Shown here one piece after another: positions 40,113 to 50,665 of a stretch of 64,000 bases of DNA (position 1 is its first letter; each line of letters begins with the position of its first letter). The position numbers and the translations under genes are program-made. The notes under the pieces are model-generated. The model saw only the letters and a program-made list of their open reading frames with translations, was not told where the DNA came from and made no database searches. Where the stretch lies: contig CAXXMB010000002.1 of NCBI GenBank assembly GCA_963668675.2, positions 576,001-640,000 on the forward strand. The letters run 5' to 3'. Source of the stretch: an uncultured Desulfatitalea sp. (GTDB taxonomy: Bacteria > Desulfobacterota > Desulfobacteria > Desulfobacterales > Desulfosarcinaceae).

Positions 40113-42113
40113 CTACTTCAACCCGATCTTCAAATTCCAATCCCCAGGCCGCTTTTTGATAGAGACGCCCTTGGGCACTGGCTCCTCGATATGAACAAAC
40201 AGCCGGTAGCCCGCTTCGGTCAAATCGTTTTGCGCCCCCCTGAAATTGAGTGGCCAGTTGGGATAGATCCAGTAGAGGGATTCATAGTGCTGCACCCATC
40301 CCTGCTCCCCCTTGGGGCTGACAAACGGCTGCCCAGGTTTAAAATCATCGGCCAACACCCGCGACACACAAAACGGCCACTGTCCTGAGATGACGGCGCC
40401 CAAAGGCAAGACACTCTTGTCTGCCAGGCGCTTCATATCGTCAAATCCCAACTCCGGACTGACGATCACCCCCTGCCCGCCCAGCAGCTTAAAAGCCCGG
40501 ACCGCCATGGGATTGGCAATGTTGCAAAAGGGGCCGGCCCAAAGGTTCAACTGCTCCGGCCGGTAGAAAAAAGAGAGCTGCCACGGTGCGTTGAGCACGA
40601 ACCTGCGCGCACCCTTGCCCATCAGATGCGACAGACGCTGCCGCCACTGCGCCTCCTCTTCCGGCCAGATGACCGGTGGCAGCCACCACCATGCATGGGC
40701 GATCTGAGCGGACGAAATCCGCTCCAACGCTCGGTCGGAAAGCCAGAGGGCCAAGCTGGTTTTGCGAATCCGCTGGCCCGGATACCGCAGCACATGCATC
40801 AGACGTGTGTGCGGTTGCCTTGGGCTGGCCGGTGGCAGACTCAGTTTGAAGGTGCCGCTATCTTCCGGCGGAAGATCCATCGGCTCGACCATCTGCGCCA
40901 TCTTCGTGATCTGCTCGGCCAGATAGGGTTCCCGACGGTCGATGAGAAATACCGATGTCGCTTTGGACGGCCCTCTTCCGCGGGCCGCCTTGAAGAAAAA
41001 TTTACCGCCTTTGGGGACACTCTTGGGCAGACTGAAGGTCTGGTGTCCCTGATCATCCTCATAACCGATACGCAGCTTGTCTCCTTCCAACAGATCGATG
41101 CGTGGCGAAAAGTAGGGCTTGTCATGGCCACCACGAACGGTACCGACCAACTGCCCCGATCCCGAATCGGCCTTGGTGTCGACCGGGTTCTGGGGCCGCT
41201 GGGGCAGAAAGTTGTAGTGTGTTCCCTGCCGCCCCAGCGCCTGTTCAAGCAGTCCCATGGCCGTCTTTTTCGCCTGGGGATCTTGCCCCTCATCGCGCAG
41301 CATCTTATAGGCCGTCACGGTGTAGTAGACATAGTGCGGCCCCTTCTTGCGCCCCTCTATTTTCCAAGCCCGCACCTGGGGAATGTCGGCCAACACTTTG
41401 GCCAGCACATCGAGGCTTAAATCCTGACAGGAGAAGAAGCGACTGGACGTGCGCTCCTGGTTGTAGATGCGCCGGCATGGTTGCACGCATCGCCCCCTCA
41501 ATCCGCTCTTGCCGCCCAGGTAACTGCTCCAGTAGCAACGGCCCGAGACGCCATAGCACAAAGCGCCGTGCACGAAGAGTTCGAGACCCAACTCTTTCGG
41601 GCAGGCCGCCGCCATCTGCTTTATCTCCTCTATATTGAGCTCCCGGGGCAACACCACCCGCTGTGCACCAATGGTTTTGGCCAATCTTGGCAGGAAGGAG
41701 GTGGTGGTGACGTTGGCCAGCGTTGAGAGGTGGATTTCCCCCTTATAGCCAGCCTGCCGGGCCAGGGCCGGCAGAGCCAGGTCTTGTACAATCAAGGCGT
41801 CAGGACCTGCGTGCCGGCTCACCCACTGGAGCTGTCGTCCCAGCGGCAGTAACTCGTCGGGCTTGATCAGCGTATTGACCGTCAGGTAGACTTTGGCACC
41901 CTGGCGGTGGGCCAATTCGATCAACCCCGCCAATTCGGCCGGCTGGAAATTGCGGGCCGCCATTCTGGCCGAAAACGATTTGAGGCCGCAATAGATCGCA
42001 TCCGCTCCGGCTGCCAGGGCGGCAAGAAAACTATCCCGGTCGCCGGCAGGCGCCAATATCTCCGGTTTGGGGCCTTTGAAGCTGCCGGCCTTTCGTCGCA
42101 CAATCTGTTTCAT
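40113..42113 (-). CDS. Peptidase U32 family protein (RlhA/TrhP-like RNA hydroxylation family)
   Basis: PEILAPAG, GADAIYCG, ELFVHGALCYGVSGRC…RGRCVQPCRR, KIEGRKK. Confidence 0.9.
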   Translation of the reverse strand: MKQIVRRKAGSFKGPKPEILAPAGDRDSFLAALAAGADAIYCGLKSFSARMAARNFQPAELAGLIELAHRQGAKVYLTVNTLIKPDELLPLGRQLQWVSRHAGPDALIVQDLALPALARQAGYKGEIHLSTLANVTTTSFLPRLAKTIGAQRVVLPRELNIEEIKQMAAACPKELGLELFVHGALCYGVSGRCYWSSYLGGKSGLRGRCVQPCRRIYNQERTSSRFFSCQDLSLDVLAKVLADIPQVRAWKIEGRKKGPHYVYYTVTAYKMLRDEGQDPQAKKTAMGLLEQALGRQGTHYNFLPQRPQNPVDTKADSGSGQLVGTVRGGHDKPYFSPRIDLLEGDKLRIGYEDDQGHQTFSLPKSVPKGGKFFFKAARGRGPSKATSVFLIDRREPYLAEQITKMAQMVEPMDLPPEDSGTFKLSLPPASPRQPHTRLMHVLRYPGQRIRKTSLALWLSDRALERISSAQIAHAWWWLPPVIWPEEEAQWRQRLSHLMGKGARRFVLNAPWQLSFFYRPEQLNLWAGPFCNIANPMAVRAFKLLGGQGVIVSPELGFDDMKRLADKSVLPLGAVISGQWPFCVSRVLADDFKPGQPFVSPKGEQGWVQHYESLYWIYPNWPLNFRGAQNDLTEAGYRLFVHIEEPVPKGVSIKKRPGDWNLKIGLK

Positions 42114-42417
42114 TGCATCCTTTCGCTCCCGAGGGCACAGGAGCCGGTATTTGGCCTCATGATTATCAAAAATGGCCTAAAAGCACCAGATATAGTAGCT
42201 CATATAAATATCATTCACAATATCAACCGAAAAAATCTTCGCCCCCCTCGCCCGTTGGGCTTTACGTCCCTGATGTTCTGATATTAATGGGATTTTAAAT
42301 AGCTATCGCCATCTGTGCCCTTGCTGAACGGACATTGTTTGTTATATTGGTGGGTGCGACACAAACAGACAGCCAAACGATTATCAATATACGGGTTACG
42401 ATACGAAAGGAACGAGG

Positions 42418-43173
42418 ATGAAGATAGCAGTCAGCGGAAAGGGAGGAGTGGGTAAAACCACTTTTTCAGCTTTACTGATTAGGATGCTCAGCGACTCGGG
42501 TAAAAAGGTATTGGCCATCGACGCCGACCCGGATGCCAATCTGGCGGCCGCCATCGGCATCGATGATGCCGAACGCATCACCCCCATCGCCGAAATGAAA
42601 GATATGATCTTTGAACGGACAGGCGCCAAGCCAGGCACCGTTGGCGGTTTTTTCAAGATCAACCCCAAAGTCGACGACCTGCCAGATACCCTGTCAGTCA
42701 AAAAGGACAACATCAAGCTGATGCGCCTGGGCAGCGTCAAAAAGGGTGGCGGCGGCTGCCTGTGTCCCGAAAGCACCCTGCTCAAAAACCTGGTCATGCA
42801 CATCGTTCTGGCACGGGACGAAGTGGTGGTAATGGACATGGAAGCGGGCATCGAGCACCTGGGCCGGGCCACGGCCACGGCAGTGGACAAACTGATCGTG
42901 GTGGTGGAGCCCGGTCGCCGCAGCATTGATACGGCCGGACATATCCGGAAGCTGGCCGAGGAGATCCACCTGGAGAGAATTGCCGTCGTGGGTAACAAGA
43001 TCCGTTCGCCCAAGGACGAGGCGTTCATCCGCGAACACCTGGCCGATTTCGAGATCATGGGTTTTCTGCCCTATGCCAATGAACTGATCGAGGCCGACCT
43101 GGAGGGCCAATCCCCCTATGATGTGGAATCGGCTGCCAAATCGCTCATAGCGGAGATGATGGCCAAACTGTAG
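42418..43173 (+). CDS. cooC: CO dehydrogenase nickel-insertion ATPase CooC/AcsF
   Basis: MKIAVSGKGGVGKTT, DADPDANL, GGGCLCPES, DMEAGIEHLGR. Confidence 0.9.
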   Translation: MKIAVSGKGGVGKTTFSALLIRMLSDSGKKVLAIDADPDANLAAAIGIDDAERITPIAEMKDMIFERTGAKPGTVGGFFKINPKVDDLPDTLSVKKDNIKLMRLGSVKKGGGGCLCPESTLLKNLVMHIVLARDEVVVMDMEAGIEHLGRATATAVDKLIVVVEPGRRSIDTAGHIRKLAEEIHLERIAVVGNKIRSPKDEAFIREHLADFEIMGFLPYANELIEADLEGQSPYDVESAAKSLIAEMMAKL

Positions 43174-43305
43174 CCACCCGGCCGAGCGCCGAACGGGCCA
43201 CCAAGGCAATCGGTTATCGCTGCGGTTGCCCTGCGGCCACTTTCTTCACGCTTACCACACACAAATGGATTGCAACCACACGCACGAGTTGACGAAGGAG
43301 CCCCC

Positions 43306-45462
43306 ATGGGCAGCCAACGCCGTCCTCCGGCCTATGCCGCTAAACGACAACGACGTCCCATGCGTCCCAAGGCGCGTGAAGTCAAAATGCGTCCGGGGGC
43401 TGATGCCAAGCTGAAGAAGATATTCGAGCGCATCGGTACCCCCGAGCCGTCGCCATTTGTGCCCGATCGCTTTCAGACCGAAGCGCTGGCGGTCGTCAGA
43501 GATGCCGACTGCCTGGTCACCGCCCCCACCGGTGCCGGCAAAACATGGATCGCCGAACGGGCCATCGAACGGATCTTTGAACGGGGTGGCAGGTGTTGGT
43601 ACGCCTCACCCCTCAAGGCGCTGACCAACGCCAAAATGATCGAATTTTCAGTCCGGTTCGGAGAGGCCAACGTCGGTATCCTGACCGGCGACCGCAAAGA
43701 GAATCCCGATGCGCCCATCATTGTGGGCACCACCGAGATCCTGCGCAATCAGCTCTACGACGCCATGCACCGGGGCGAGACCCTGGACACTGACTTTGTC
43801 GTTTTGGACGAGGCCCATTTTCTGGGGGATCAAGATCGAGGCGTGGTATGGGAAGAGACCATCATCTACCTCCCGCACCGGATTCCCCTGCTGCTGCTTT
43901 CCGCCACAGTGGGGAACGCCGACCAGATCGCCGGCTGGATGGAGGCGATCCGCAAGCGCCCCTGTCGGGTGGTCAAGGAGGAACAGCGACCGGTGCCGCT
44001 CTATCCTATCCTGCAGCACCCCAGCGGCACGCTGCTGCCCCTCTTCGTCGACAGCGGGAAGGGCCGCAAACCCCACCTTTATAAGAAGGTGGCCGATCTG
44101 CTCAATGCCCGCCGGGCTCCATCCCTTGCGCCGCCGGGGAGACTGCCGCCCTTTGGTGCCATACTGGCGATCCTGCGCAAGTATCATCTTCTGCCGGCCC
44201 TCTTCTTTCTCAAATCGCGAGCCGATTGCGACCGGGCCCTGCAACTCTGCCTTGAAAACCGTGTCAGAAATGAAGAACAAGCCGCCCTGCTCAATCAACG
44301 CATGGCCGAATTGGGTAACCGTTTCCCCCATATCCGACGCCACCGCCAACGCTGGATGGTCGAACAGATGGCGGTGGGAGCCCATCACAGCGGCCAGCTG
44401 CCGGCCTGGAAACAAACCCTGGAAGCCTTGATGAGCGAGGGATTGCTCGATGCCATCTTCGCCACCTCCACCGTGGCTGCCGGTGTCGATTTCCCTGCCC
44501 GCACAGTGGCCTTTTTAAATTCCGACCGCTTCAACGGACGCGAATTCCTGCCCCTGGACGCCACCGAGCTGCATCAGATGACAGGCCGGGCCGGGCGCCG
44601 GGGAAAGGACAACATCGGCTTCGCCATGGTGGTGCCGGGCAAGTACATGGACGTACGCCACGTGGCCCGCATGCTCAAAGCACCGGCGGCGGATGTCCAT
44701 AGTCAGATCCGGATCAACTTCTCCATGGCCCTCAATCTGCTGCTCTCCCATACGCCCGAAGAGGTTGAGAGCCTGCTGCACCGATCGCTGGCCGCCTTCC
44801 AACGCCACGGCGAAGCCATGGGAGGCGAACAGGCCGCCCACACCCACTTGTGGAATGATTTTCAGCGCCATGTCAACTTCCTGCAGGTGACCGGTTTCGT
44901 CGATCCCAAGGGCCGTCTGACCGATGATGGCATGTGGGCCGCCCAACTTCGCATCGACCAGCCGCTGCTCGTCGCCGAAGGTCTGCGCCTGGGGCTCTTT
45001 CCCGACGAGAAACCGGCGCTCCTGGCTGCGATCATGGCGGGCATGGTGAACGACAAGGAGACCGATGAACACCTGGACCGTAAAAGCCTGCCCAACCTCC
45101 TGATAAAGGCTGTTAAAAAGGTGACCCGCGGGCTTCACGGTTTTGCCAAGCATATGATGGCCCACGATTTCGATGTACGCCCCATATTCTACCGGCCCAC
45201 AGCCGCCCTGTATCACTGGGCCTCGGGCTACCCGTGGGAGCGCACCGTTCAGGCTGCCCAGATGGCCGAAGGGGACCTGGCCATGCTCACCCTGCGCACG
45301 GCGGACAACCTGCGTCATATGGTGGCCCTGCGCGCCGTGTTTCCCGAAATGGCCGCTGCTGCCCAACAGGCCATCGAGATGATTTTGCGTGACCCGGTGA
45401 TGCCCGAATATGTCAAGGAAGAACCTGAGAGTGAACCGGAAAAAAAGCCGGCCGGCGCATAA
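43306..45462 (+). CDS. Ski2/HelY-like DEAH-box RNA helicase
   Basis: APTGAGKT, SPLKALTN, GILTGD, LDEAH, LSAT, QMTGRAGRRG. AAGGAG RBS before ATG 43306. Confidence 0.92.
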   Translation: MGSQRRPPAYAAKRQRRPMRPKAREVKMRPGADAKLKKIFERIGTPEPSPFVPDRFQTEALAVVRDADCLVTAPTGAGKTWIAERAIERIFERGGRCWYASPLKALTNAKMIEFSVRFGEANVGILTGDRKENPDAPIIVGTTEILRNQLYDAMHRGETLDTDFVVLDEAHFLGDQDRGVVWEETIIYLPHRIPLLLLSATVGNADQIAGWMEAIRKRPCRVVKEEQRPVPLYPILQHPSGTLLPLFVDSGKGRKPHLYKKVADLLNARRAPSLAPPGRLPPFGAILAILRKYHLLPALFFLKSRADCDRALQLCLENRVRNEEQAALLNQRMAELGNRFPHIRRHRQRWMVEQMAVGAHHSGQLPAWKQTLEALMSEGLLDAIFATSTVAAGVDFPARTVAFLNSDRFNGREFLPLDATELHQMTGRAGRRGKDNIGFAMVVPGKYMDVRHVARMLKAPAADVHSQIRINFSMALNLLLSHTPEEVESLLHRSLAAFQRHGEAMGGEQAAHTHLWNDFQRHVNFLQVTGFVDPKGRLTDDGMWAAQLRIDQPLLVAEGLRLGLFPDEKPALLAAIMAGMVNDKETDEHLDRKSLPNLLIKAVKKVTRGLHGFAKHMMAHDFDVRPIFYRPTAALYHWASGYPWERTVQAAQMAEGDLAMLTLRTADNLRHMVALRAVFPEMAAAAQQAIEMILRDPVMPEYVKEEPESEPEKKPAGA

Positions 45463-45480
45463 TCGGCCTTTGACGATGAG

Positions 45481-45855
45481 ATGATGGAAAAGCGAAGCAG
45501 ATCCGGACTGACCCGACTGGTGGATGCCACCCGCTACTCCATTCTGGGGCTGACCAGCGCCTGGCGTAGCGAAACCGCCTTTCGACAGGAGCTGGTGGTG
45601 ATCGCCGTTATGCTGCCGGTGGCCCTGTGGCTTGGGACCACGGCCATCCAGCGTGCCCTGCTCGTTCTCTCCGCCCTGATGGTCCTGATCGTCGAGCTGA
45701 TCAACTCGGCCATCGAGGCCACCGTGGATCGCATCGGCACCGAACGCCACCCGCTCTCCGCCCGGGCAAAAAACATGGGTTCGGCGGCGGTGCTGCTCAC
45801 ATTGATCGCAGCCGCAGCCGTGTGGGGATTTATCGCCTGGGAGAGATGGAGTTGA
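45481..45855 (+). CDS. dgkA: Diacylglycerol kinase
   Basis: ETAFRQE, VELINSAIEATVDRIG, AKNMGSAAV. Confidence 0.93.
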   Translation: MMEKRSRSGLTRLVDATRYSILGLTSAWRSETAFRQELVVIAVMLPVALWLGTTAIQRALLVLSALMVLIVELINSAIEATVDRIGTERHPLSARAKNMGSAAVLLTLIAAAAVWGFIAWERWS

Positions 45856-45876
45856 TTCTATACTGAAGCATTAAAA

Positions 45877-46036
45877 TCAATGCCATCAACTTAAGGTGTT
45901 TGCGCTACCGATCCGGGCGGGCATAAAGCCCGCCCCTACAAGGGTTGTGTATGGCAACAGGCTCTGTTTCCTGCGATATTTCGTAGGGGCGGGCTTGATG
46001 CCCGCCCGTTGCAGCCGCTTAAGTTAATGACATTGA
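45877..46036. mobile_element. MITE with IS4/IS231-like terminal inverted repeats carrying an inverted GTAG-REP doublet
   Basis: TCAATGCCATCAACTTAAG…CTTAAGTTAATGACATTGA (17/19). Internal CGGGCGGGCATAAAGCCCGCCCCTAC and GTAGGGGCGGGCTTGATGCCCGCCCG. Confidence 0.75.
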
Positions 46037-46104
46037 ATTTAAGGTAGAAAAGGCTACTCCATCATTACTTCAGCCTAAACACATACCCTTCAAGGAGTTT
46101 TATC

Positions 46105-47574
46105 ATGTTCAAATTCATAACGACCGTCCTCGATCGATCAAAAATTGCAAACCTGGCCATCCCGGTATGCGAAGACGCCGATATTCATGCCGAGTCCGCC
46201 ATACGCGAACTGATTAAAAAAGCAAAAGCACTGCCGGAATTCTCCGCCGAAAAGGGACAACAGGTCGTTCTTTACGATCTGAAGGAGGGCAAAATCCACC
46301 GCTGTTATTTCGGCGGCATAGGCCCCTTGAAGAAATTGACGGCCGAGTCGCTGCGCGCTTTTTCCGGCCTTGCCGTCAAGGAGGCCATGGGAGCCAAGCA
46401 GAAGGAGATCGATCTGGTAGCGCCGCTGGATCCCGCCTTAGCGATACCGGCCAAGGAAACCGTTACCGCAATGATCGAGGGTGCTCTCCTGGCCAATGAC
46501 AGCGATCTGCGGTATAAAGAGAAACCCAAACCGACCTTGCTGAAAAAGATGGCCCTGCGTCTGCCGCCGCAAACCGCCAAAAGCTGCCGCCCCCTCATCG
46601 CACGCGCCCAGGCCGTTTGCGACGGTGTGCTCAAGGCGCGCGAGTGGGTCAATACACCATCCAACGACAAGGTTCCCGAACGGTTGGCAGCCGGATTTCA
46701 AAAGATGGCCAAGGCGACCGGCTTGCAAGTCAACGTACTCAACGAAGCTCAGCTCAAGCGGCAAAAATTCGGCGCGCTTCTGGCCGTATCGGCCGGCAGC
46801 AGCCACCCGCCCTGCCTGGTTGAAATGGTCCACGCCCCGGCCAACGCCAAGAAGACCATCGTGCTGGTTGGCAAAGGGGTCACCTTCGATACCGGTGGCA
46901 TCAACCTCAAGCCGTCCGCCGGTCTCGACACCATGAAAGCCGACATGGCCGGCGCAGCCGCCGTGGCCGGCACAATGGCGGCCGTCGCCCGAATCAACCC
47001 CAAAACCCGCATTATCGGCGTCACCCCCATCGTGGAGAACATGCCTTCGGGAAGCGCCACCCGCCCGGGCGATATCGTCACCAGCTATGCCGGCAAACGC
47101 GTCGAGATCGGCAATACCGACGCTGAAGGCCGCCTGATTCTCATCGACGCCATGGCTTACGCTATCAAGAAGTACAAGCCCGATCTCCTCATCGACCTGG
47201 CCACCCTCACCGGCGCCTGCGTTGTCGCCCTGGGAGAGAAAATCGCCGGCGTCTTCTCCCGCGACGACGAGCTGGCCCAGGCCATCGTTACATCAGGCGA
47301 AAACACCGCCGAACGCTGCTGGCGCCTGCCGATGCCCGAAGACTACCGGGACCTGCTCAAGAGCGATCTGGCGGACATCAACAACAACTCCAGCTCGCGC
47401 TATGGCGGCGCCATCGCGGCGGCCATCTTTCTCTCCGAATTCGTAGACGACCAACGATGGGCCCACATCGACATCGCCGGACCGGCATTTGTCAAGAAAG
47501 GTCCGGACTACTGCGGTCCGGGAGCGACGGGATTTGGTGTAAGACTGCTGTGCGATTTGATAGATGGAATATAG
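46105..47574 (+). CDS. pepA: Leucyl aminopeptidase (M17)
   Basis: VGKGVTFDTGG, MKADMAG, NTDAEGRL, DLATLTGA, WAHIDIAG. Confidence 0.95.
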   Translation: MFKFITTVLDRSKIANLAIPVCEDADIHAESAIRELIKKAKALPEFSAEKGQQVVLYDLKEGKIHRCYFGGIGPLKKLTAESLRAFSGLAVKEAMGAKQKEIDLVAPLDPALAIPAKETVTAMIEGALLANDSDLRYKEKPKPTLLKKMALRLPPQTAKSCRPLIARAQAVCDGVLKAREWVNTPSNDKVPERLAAGFQKMAKATGLQVNVLNEAQLKRQKFGALLAVSAGSSHPPCLVEMVHAPANAKKTIVLVGKGVTFDTGGINLKPSAGLDTMKADMAGAAAVAGTMAAVARINPKTRIIGVTPIVENMPSGSATRPGDIVTSYAGKRVEIGNTDAEGRLILIDAMAYAIKKYKPDLLIDLATLTGACVVALGEKIAGVFSRDDELAQAIVTSGENTAERCWRLPMPEDYRDLLKSDLADINNNSSSRYGGAIAAAIFLSEFVDDQRWAHIDIAGPAFVKKGPDYCGPGATGFGVRLLCDLIDGI

Positions 47575-47603
47575 CTTTGTTTGTTGCTGTCAAAGAAAAA
47601 TGA

Positions 47604-47637
47604 AAACGGCCGGTCATATGGAATTGACCGGCCGTTT
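47604..47637. terminator. Probable bidirectional hairpin terminator between convergent pepA and SBP genes
   Basis: AAACGGCCGGTCA-8nt-TGACCGGCCGTTT. Confidence 0.7.
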
Positions 47638-47686
47638 GAAAACCACTTCTTACTGAAATCTACCGATGACGGGGAATACCCTGCAT

Positions 47687-48451
47687 CTACTTTGAGTACT
47701 TGGACCACATCCGATCGATGGTACCATCAGCATGCATCTTTTCCAGCTCGGCATTTATCTTTTCCATGAAAGCCTCTTTGTCTGCAACGTTCTTCCCTTT
47801 TTTGCTCAGTGCGAAGAAAGTCCCTTTCTTGGGTGCGAAAGCTTCGGATAACGGCACGATTTTATCTTGCAGCCCAATCTTTTTCGCTGCATACATGGCA
47901 GAGTGAAGGTTACTGACATAACAATCAATCCTTCCTGCAGCCAGCTTTTTCAAATTCAGTTCAGATGAGGGTTGTTCGTCCAGTTTGATCTTACCAGCCT
48001 TAACTGCTGCATCAAACTCCTTGGTTACGAAAAAGCCTGCGTTCCTGCCGACAGTTTTGCCATACAGGGCCTCAATGGTTGAAACGCTATAATTGGGCAG
48101 GTCATCTTTGCGCACAAAGATGTAGTGCGCCGACCAATGCATCGGTGTTTTCGAATAAATAATATCTGCTTCCCTGCTCTGCTTGTAGTAAATCTGAAGC
48201 GTTCCGTCGAGCTCTCCCGACTGCAGATTGTTCCACAGACGTTTGAACGGCAGCAGATTTATATCGGCTTGAACTCCGAGGCGCTCTGACAACTCTGTCC
48301 AAATATCATAGTCGAAACCTGTCAGCTTGCCGCCCTCCTTAAATATCAAAGGCTCAACATTTTGGACCCCCGCTAATTTAAGGGTATCCGCATAGCAATT
48401 GGGTGCCAGAAGGACAGCCAGCAGACCTATGATAATGATGCTTTTTTTCAT
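47687..48451 (-). CDS. Polar amino-acid-type periplasmic solute-binding protein (family 3)
   Basis: Signal peptide, GKLTGFDYDI, LPFKR, LKKLAAGRID, MHADGTIDRMWSKY. GGAGG RBS. Confidence 0.88.
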   Translation of the reverse strand: MKKSIIIIGLLAVLLAPNCYADTLKLAGVQNVEPLIFKEGGKLTGFDYDIWTELSERLGVQADINLLPFKRLWNNLQSGELDGTLQIYYKQSREADIIYSKTPMHWSAHYIFVRKDDLPNYSVSTIEALYGKTVGRNAGFFVTKEFDAAVKAGKIKLDEQPSSELNLKKLAAGRIDCYVSNLHSAMYAAKKIGLQDKIVPLSEAFAPKKGTFFALSKKGKNVADKEAFMEKINAELEKMHADGTIDRMWSKYSK

Positions 48452-48639
48452 ATAATGCCTCCGTCAAATAAGCTACCAGTTTGTTTGAACTGATAGCGTG
48501 TTTCCACAGCACTTGGTAAACGCTGAGGGATTTAAGTTCGAGAGCCGCAGGAAGAAATCTTCTTCAGCCCCGCCTTGCCGGTCAGGCAACATTGCCTGAG
48601 CTTTCTTCTCTATTTTGGCCAGAATAGGGTATCGATCCC

Positions 48640-50220
48640 CTAAACTTTGAAACGACCTACCATCTTTTCGAGTTTTGCAGCCAGACGCGCCATCTCCTCT
48701 GCGCTCATATTCAACTGAGAGGTGCCATTGGAGATCTCAGCCGTCGACTGATTGACCGAAGCAATTTCACCGGCGATATCCTTGGAAACCACATTACTGT
48801 TCGATACATTTTCATTTACTTCCTGGATACCTTGGGACGCTTGGGAAACATTGCTCGCAATCTCTTCTGTCGTTACCGACTGTTCTTCTACAGCAGCGGC
48901 GATAGTTGCAACGATCTCGTTAACATCATTAATAATTGTCTGTATTTGACCGATCTCCGTAACCGTACCGGAGGTGGTTGTTTGGATGGCGCCTATTTTG
49001 GTTTTTATCTCCTGGGTAGCATCTGCCGTTTGCTTGGCCAGCTCTTTGATCTCATTGGCCACCACGGCAAAACCCTTGCCCGCTTCTCCAGCGCGAGCCG
49101 CCTCAATGGTAGCGTTGAGGGCAAGCAGATTGGTCTGCTCCGAAATCTCAGTGATCGCCTCGGTCACCTTTCCGATCTCCTGCGCTGCCTTGCCCAGTTC
49201 ATCTACCTTTGCAGAAGCACTATGAGCCTGATTGACAGCCTCTCCAGTGATGGTGCGTGCCTTTTCGGAATTTTGGGATATTTCACTGATCGTCGAGGTC
49301 ATCTCTTTTGCAGATGTCGCGATGATGCCAATATTGGTGGACGCTTCCTCCATGGAAGCAGCCACCGAATCGATATTGGTGCTCATCTCTTCACTTGCGG
49401 CCGCCACCGAGTTTGCTTTGGCGGACATTTGGTCGGCCCCCTGTGACATTTGCTGTGACAAACCTGCCAGATCGCCGGAAGCCTTGTTCAATACATCTGA
49501 GTTCATCGAGATGTCCGAGATCATTTTCTGCAAGCTGTCGATGAATTTGTTAATCAGCTCAGCCAGCTTCCCTATTTCATCCTTGGAGCGCACTTCCAGA
49601 CGCATGGTCAGGTCGCCTTCACCGTTGGCAATATCTCCAACCCGCTGAAGGATCTCTTTTATCGGCCGAACCAAGATCTTTCGAATGGCCAGCGACATCC
49701 CTATAAAAAGGATCAAATCCAAAATAACGACTCGAAAAAACAAAAAGAAAACAGACGCACGCAACTCTTTTTGCATAAATTTCTTCGTTAAATAGACGCT
49801 TACCTCCCCGAGAGCATTGTCCTCTTTTTTGACCTTCTGGACGTTCGATACCAAATCGCCCGATACAGCCCCTTTGTAATCCTTGGGCTCCCATGTCCCG
49901 TCTTCTCGTTTGATGGAAATGAATGGCTCTTTGGCATTTTTGTCCATTACAACAACCGCATAGATGCGCTTGTCCTTCATCTCCGATACGATGCCTTGCC
50001 GACCGAGATCCTGATTGAAATCCCACAATGCGGTGATCATACTGGTAGACAAGCGCTCTGCTACCGCCTCGGTCAGGTCATTCAGTTCGGTTGTCATTTT
50101 CCCCTTCAGAGAAAAATAGTCGTAAACACCGTAACTGAACAGAATGAGCGATGTCATCAGAATGATGGTCAAATTCAGTTTGGACTGAATGGAACTCAAG
50201 TTAATTTTCAAGCGCTTCAT
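48640..50220 (-). CDS. Methyl-accepting chemotaxis protein
   Basis: TM-periplasmic-TM, HAMP ([19 protein letters not shown]), [34 protein letters not shown]. Confidence 0.95.
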   Translation of the reverse strand: MKRLKINLSSIQSKLNLTIILMTSLILFSYGVYDYFSLKGKMTTELNDLTEAVAERLSTSMITALWDFNQDLGRQGIVSEMKDKRIYAVVVMDKNAKEPFISIKREDGTWEPKDYKGAVSGDLVSNVQKVKKEDNALGEVSVYLTKKFMQKELRASVFFLFFRVVILDLILFIGMSLAIRKILVRPIKEILQRVGDIANGEGDLTMRLEVRSKDEIGKLAELINKFIDSLQKMISDISMNSDVLNKASGDLAGLSQQMSQGADQMSAKANSVAAASEEMSTNIDSVAASMEEASTNIGIIATSAKEMTSTISEISQNSEKARTITGEAVNQAHSASAKVDELGKAAQEIGKVTEAITEISEQTNLLALNATIEAARAGEAGKGFAVVANEIKELAKQTADATQEIKTKIGAIQTTTSGTVTEIGQIQTIINDVNEIVATIAAAVEEQSVTTEEIASNVSQASQGIQEVNENVSNSNVVSKDIAGEIASVNQSTAEISNGTSQLNMSAEEMARLAAKLEKMVGRFKV

Positions 50221-50350
50221 TTGCCCTCCGGGATCATCGTTACCCTTTATTTGAAACAGGCTTTAAAGAGAATTGAGTCGGTGATAGGCTGGAAACGAAA
50301 AAAACATCACCCACGTGGACCAGTACCCATTCACTCAGGCTCGAAACCAA

Positions 50351-50378
50351 TTATCGGAAACCTTGCTTCCAATCTTTA
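50351..50378 (-). promoter_or_regulatory. Candidate sigma-28 (FliA) promoter for the MCP
   Basis: Minus strand TAAAG…TCCGATAA with a 16-nt spacer (consensus TAAA-N15-GCCGATAA), 130 bp upstream of the MCP start. Confidence 0.5.
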
Positions 50379-50584
50379 GCAAAATTATCCCTTAGCCCTA
50401 AACGGCTATCGAAAGGCCCATCGTCAATGGCATGTTTTATACTTGATAATAGACAGTTAAAATAAATTAGGCAGGACAGGGGCCACTATCTTGAATGAGA
50501 TGGAGCTTCGCAAAGCATAGATAAGATATTGAGGTGCATAAAGGGGCAATACGATTACAAATTAGAATCAAAATTCAGCAAACC

Positions 50585-50625
50585 TCAATTCGGAACCCGC
50601 CCCAAAGAGGCGGGTTCCGAATTGA
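50585..50625. terminator. 17-bp perfect hairpin downstream of the small Cys-rich gene
   Basis: TCAATTCGGAACCCGCC-7nt-GGCGGGTTCCGAATTGA. Confidence 0.7.
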
Positions 50626-50665
50626 AAGTATCATTGTTAAAACATTTTGTTCGAAAAGAACAAAA

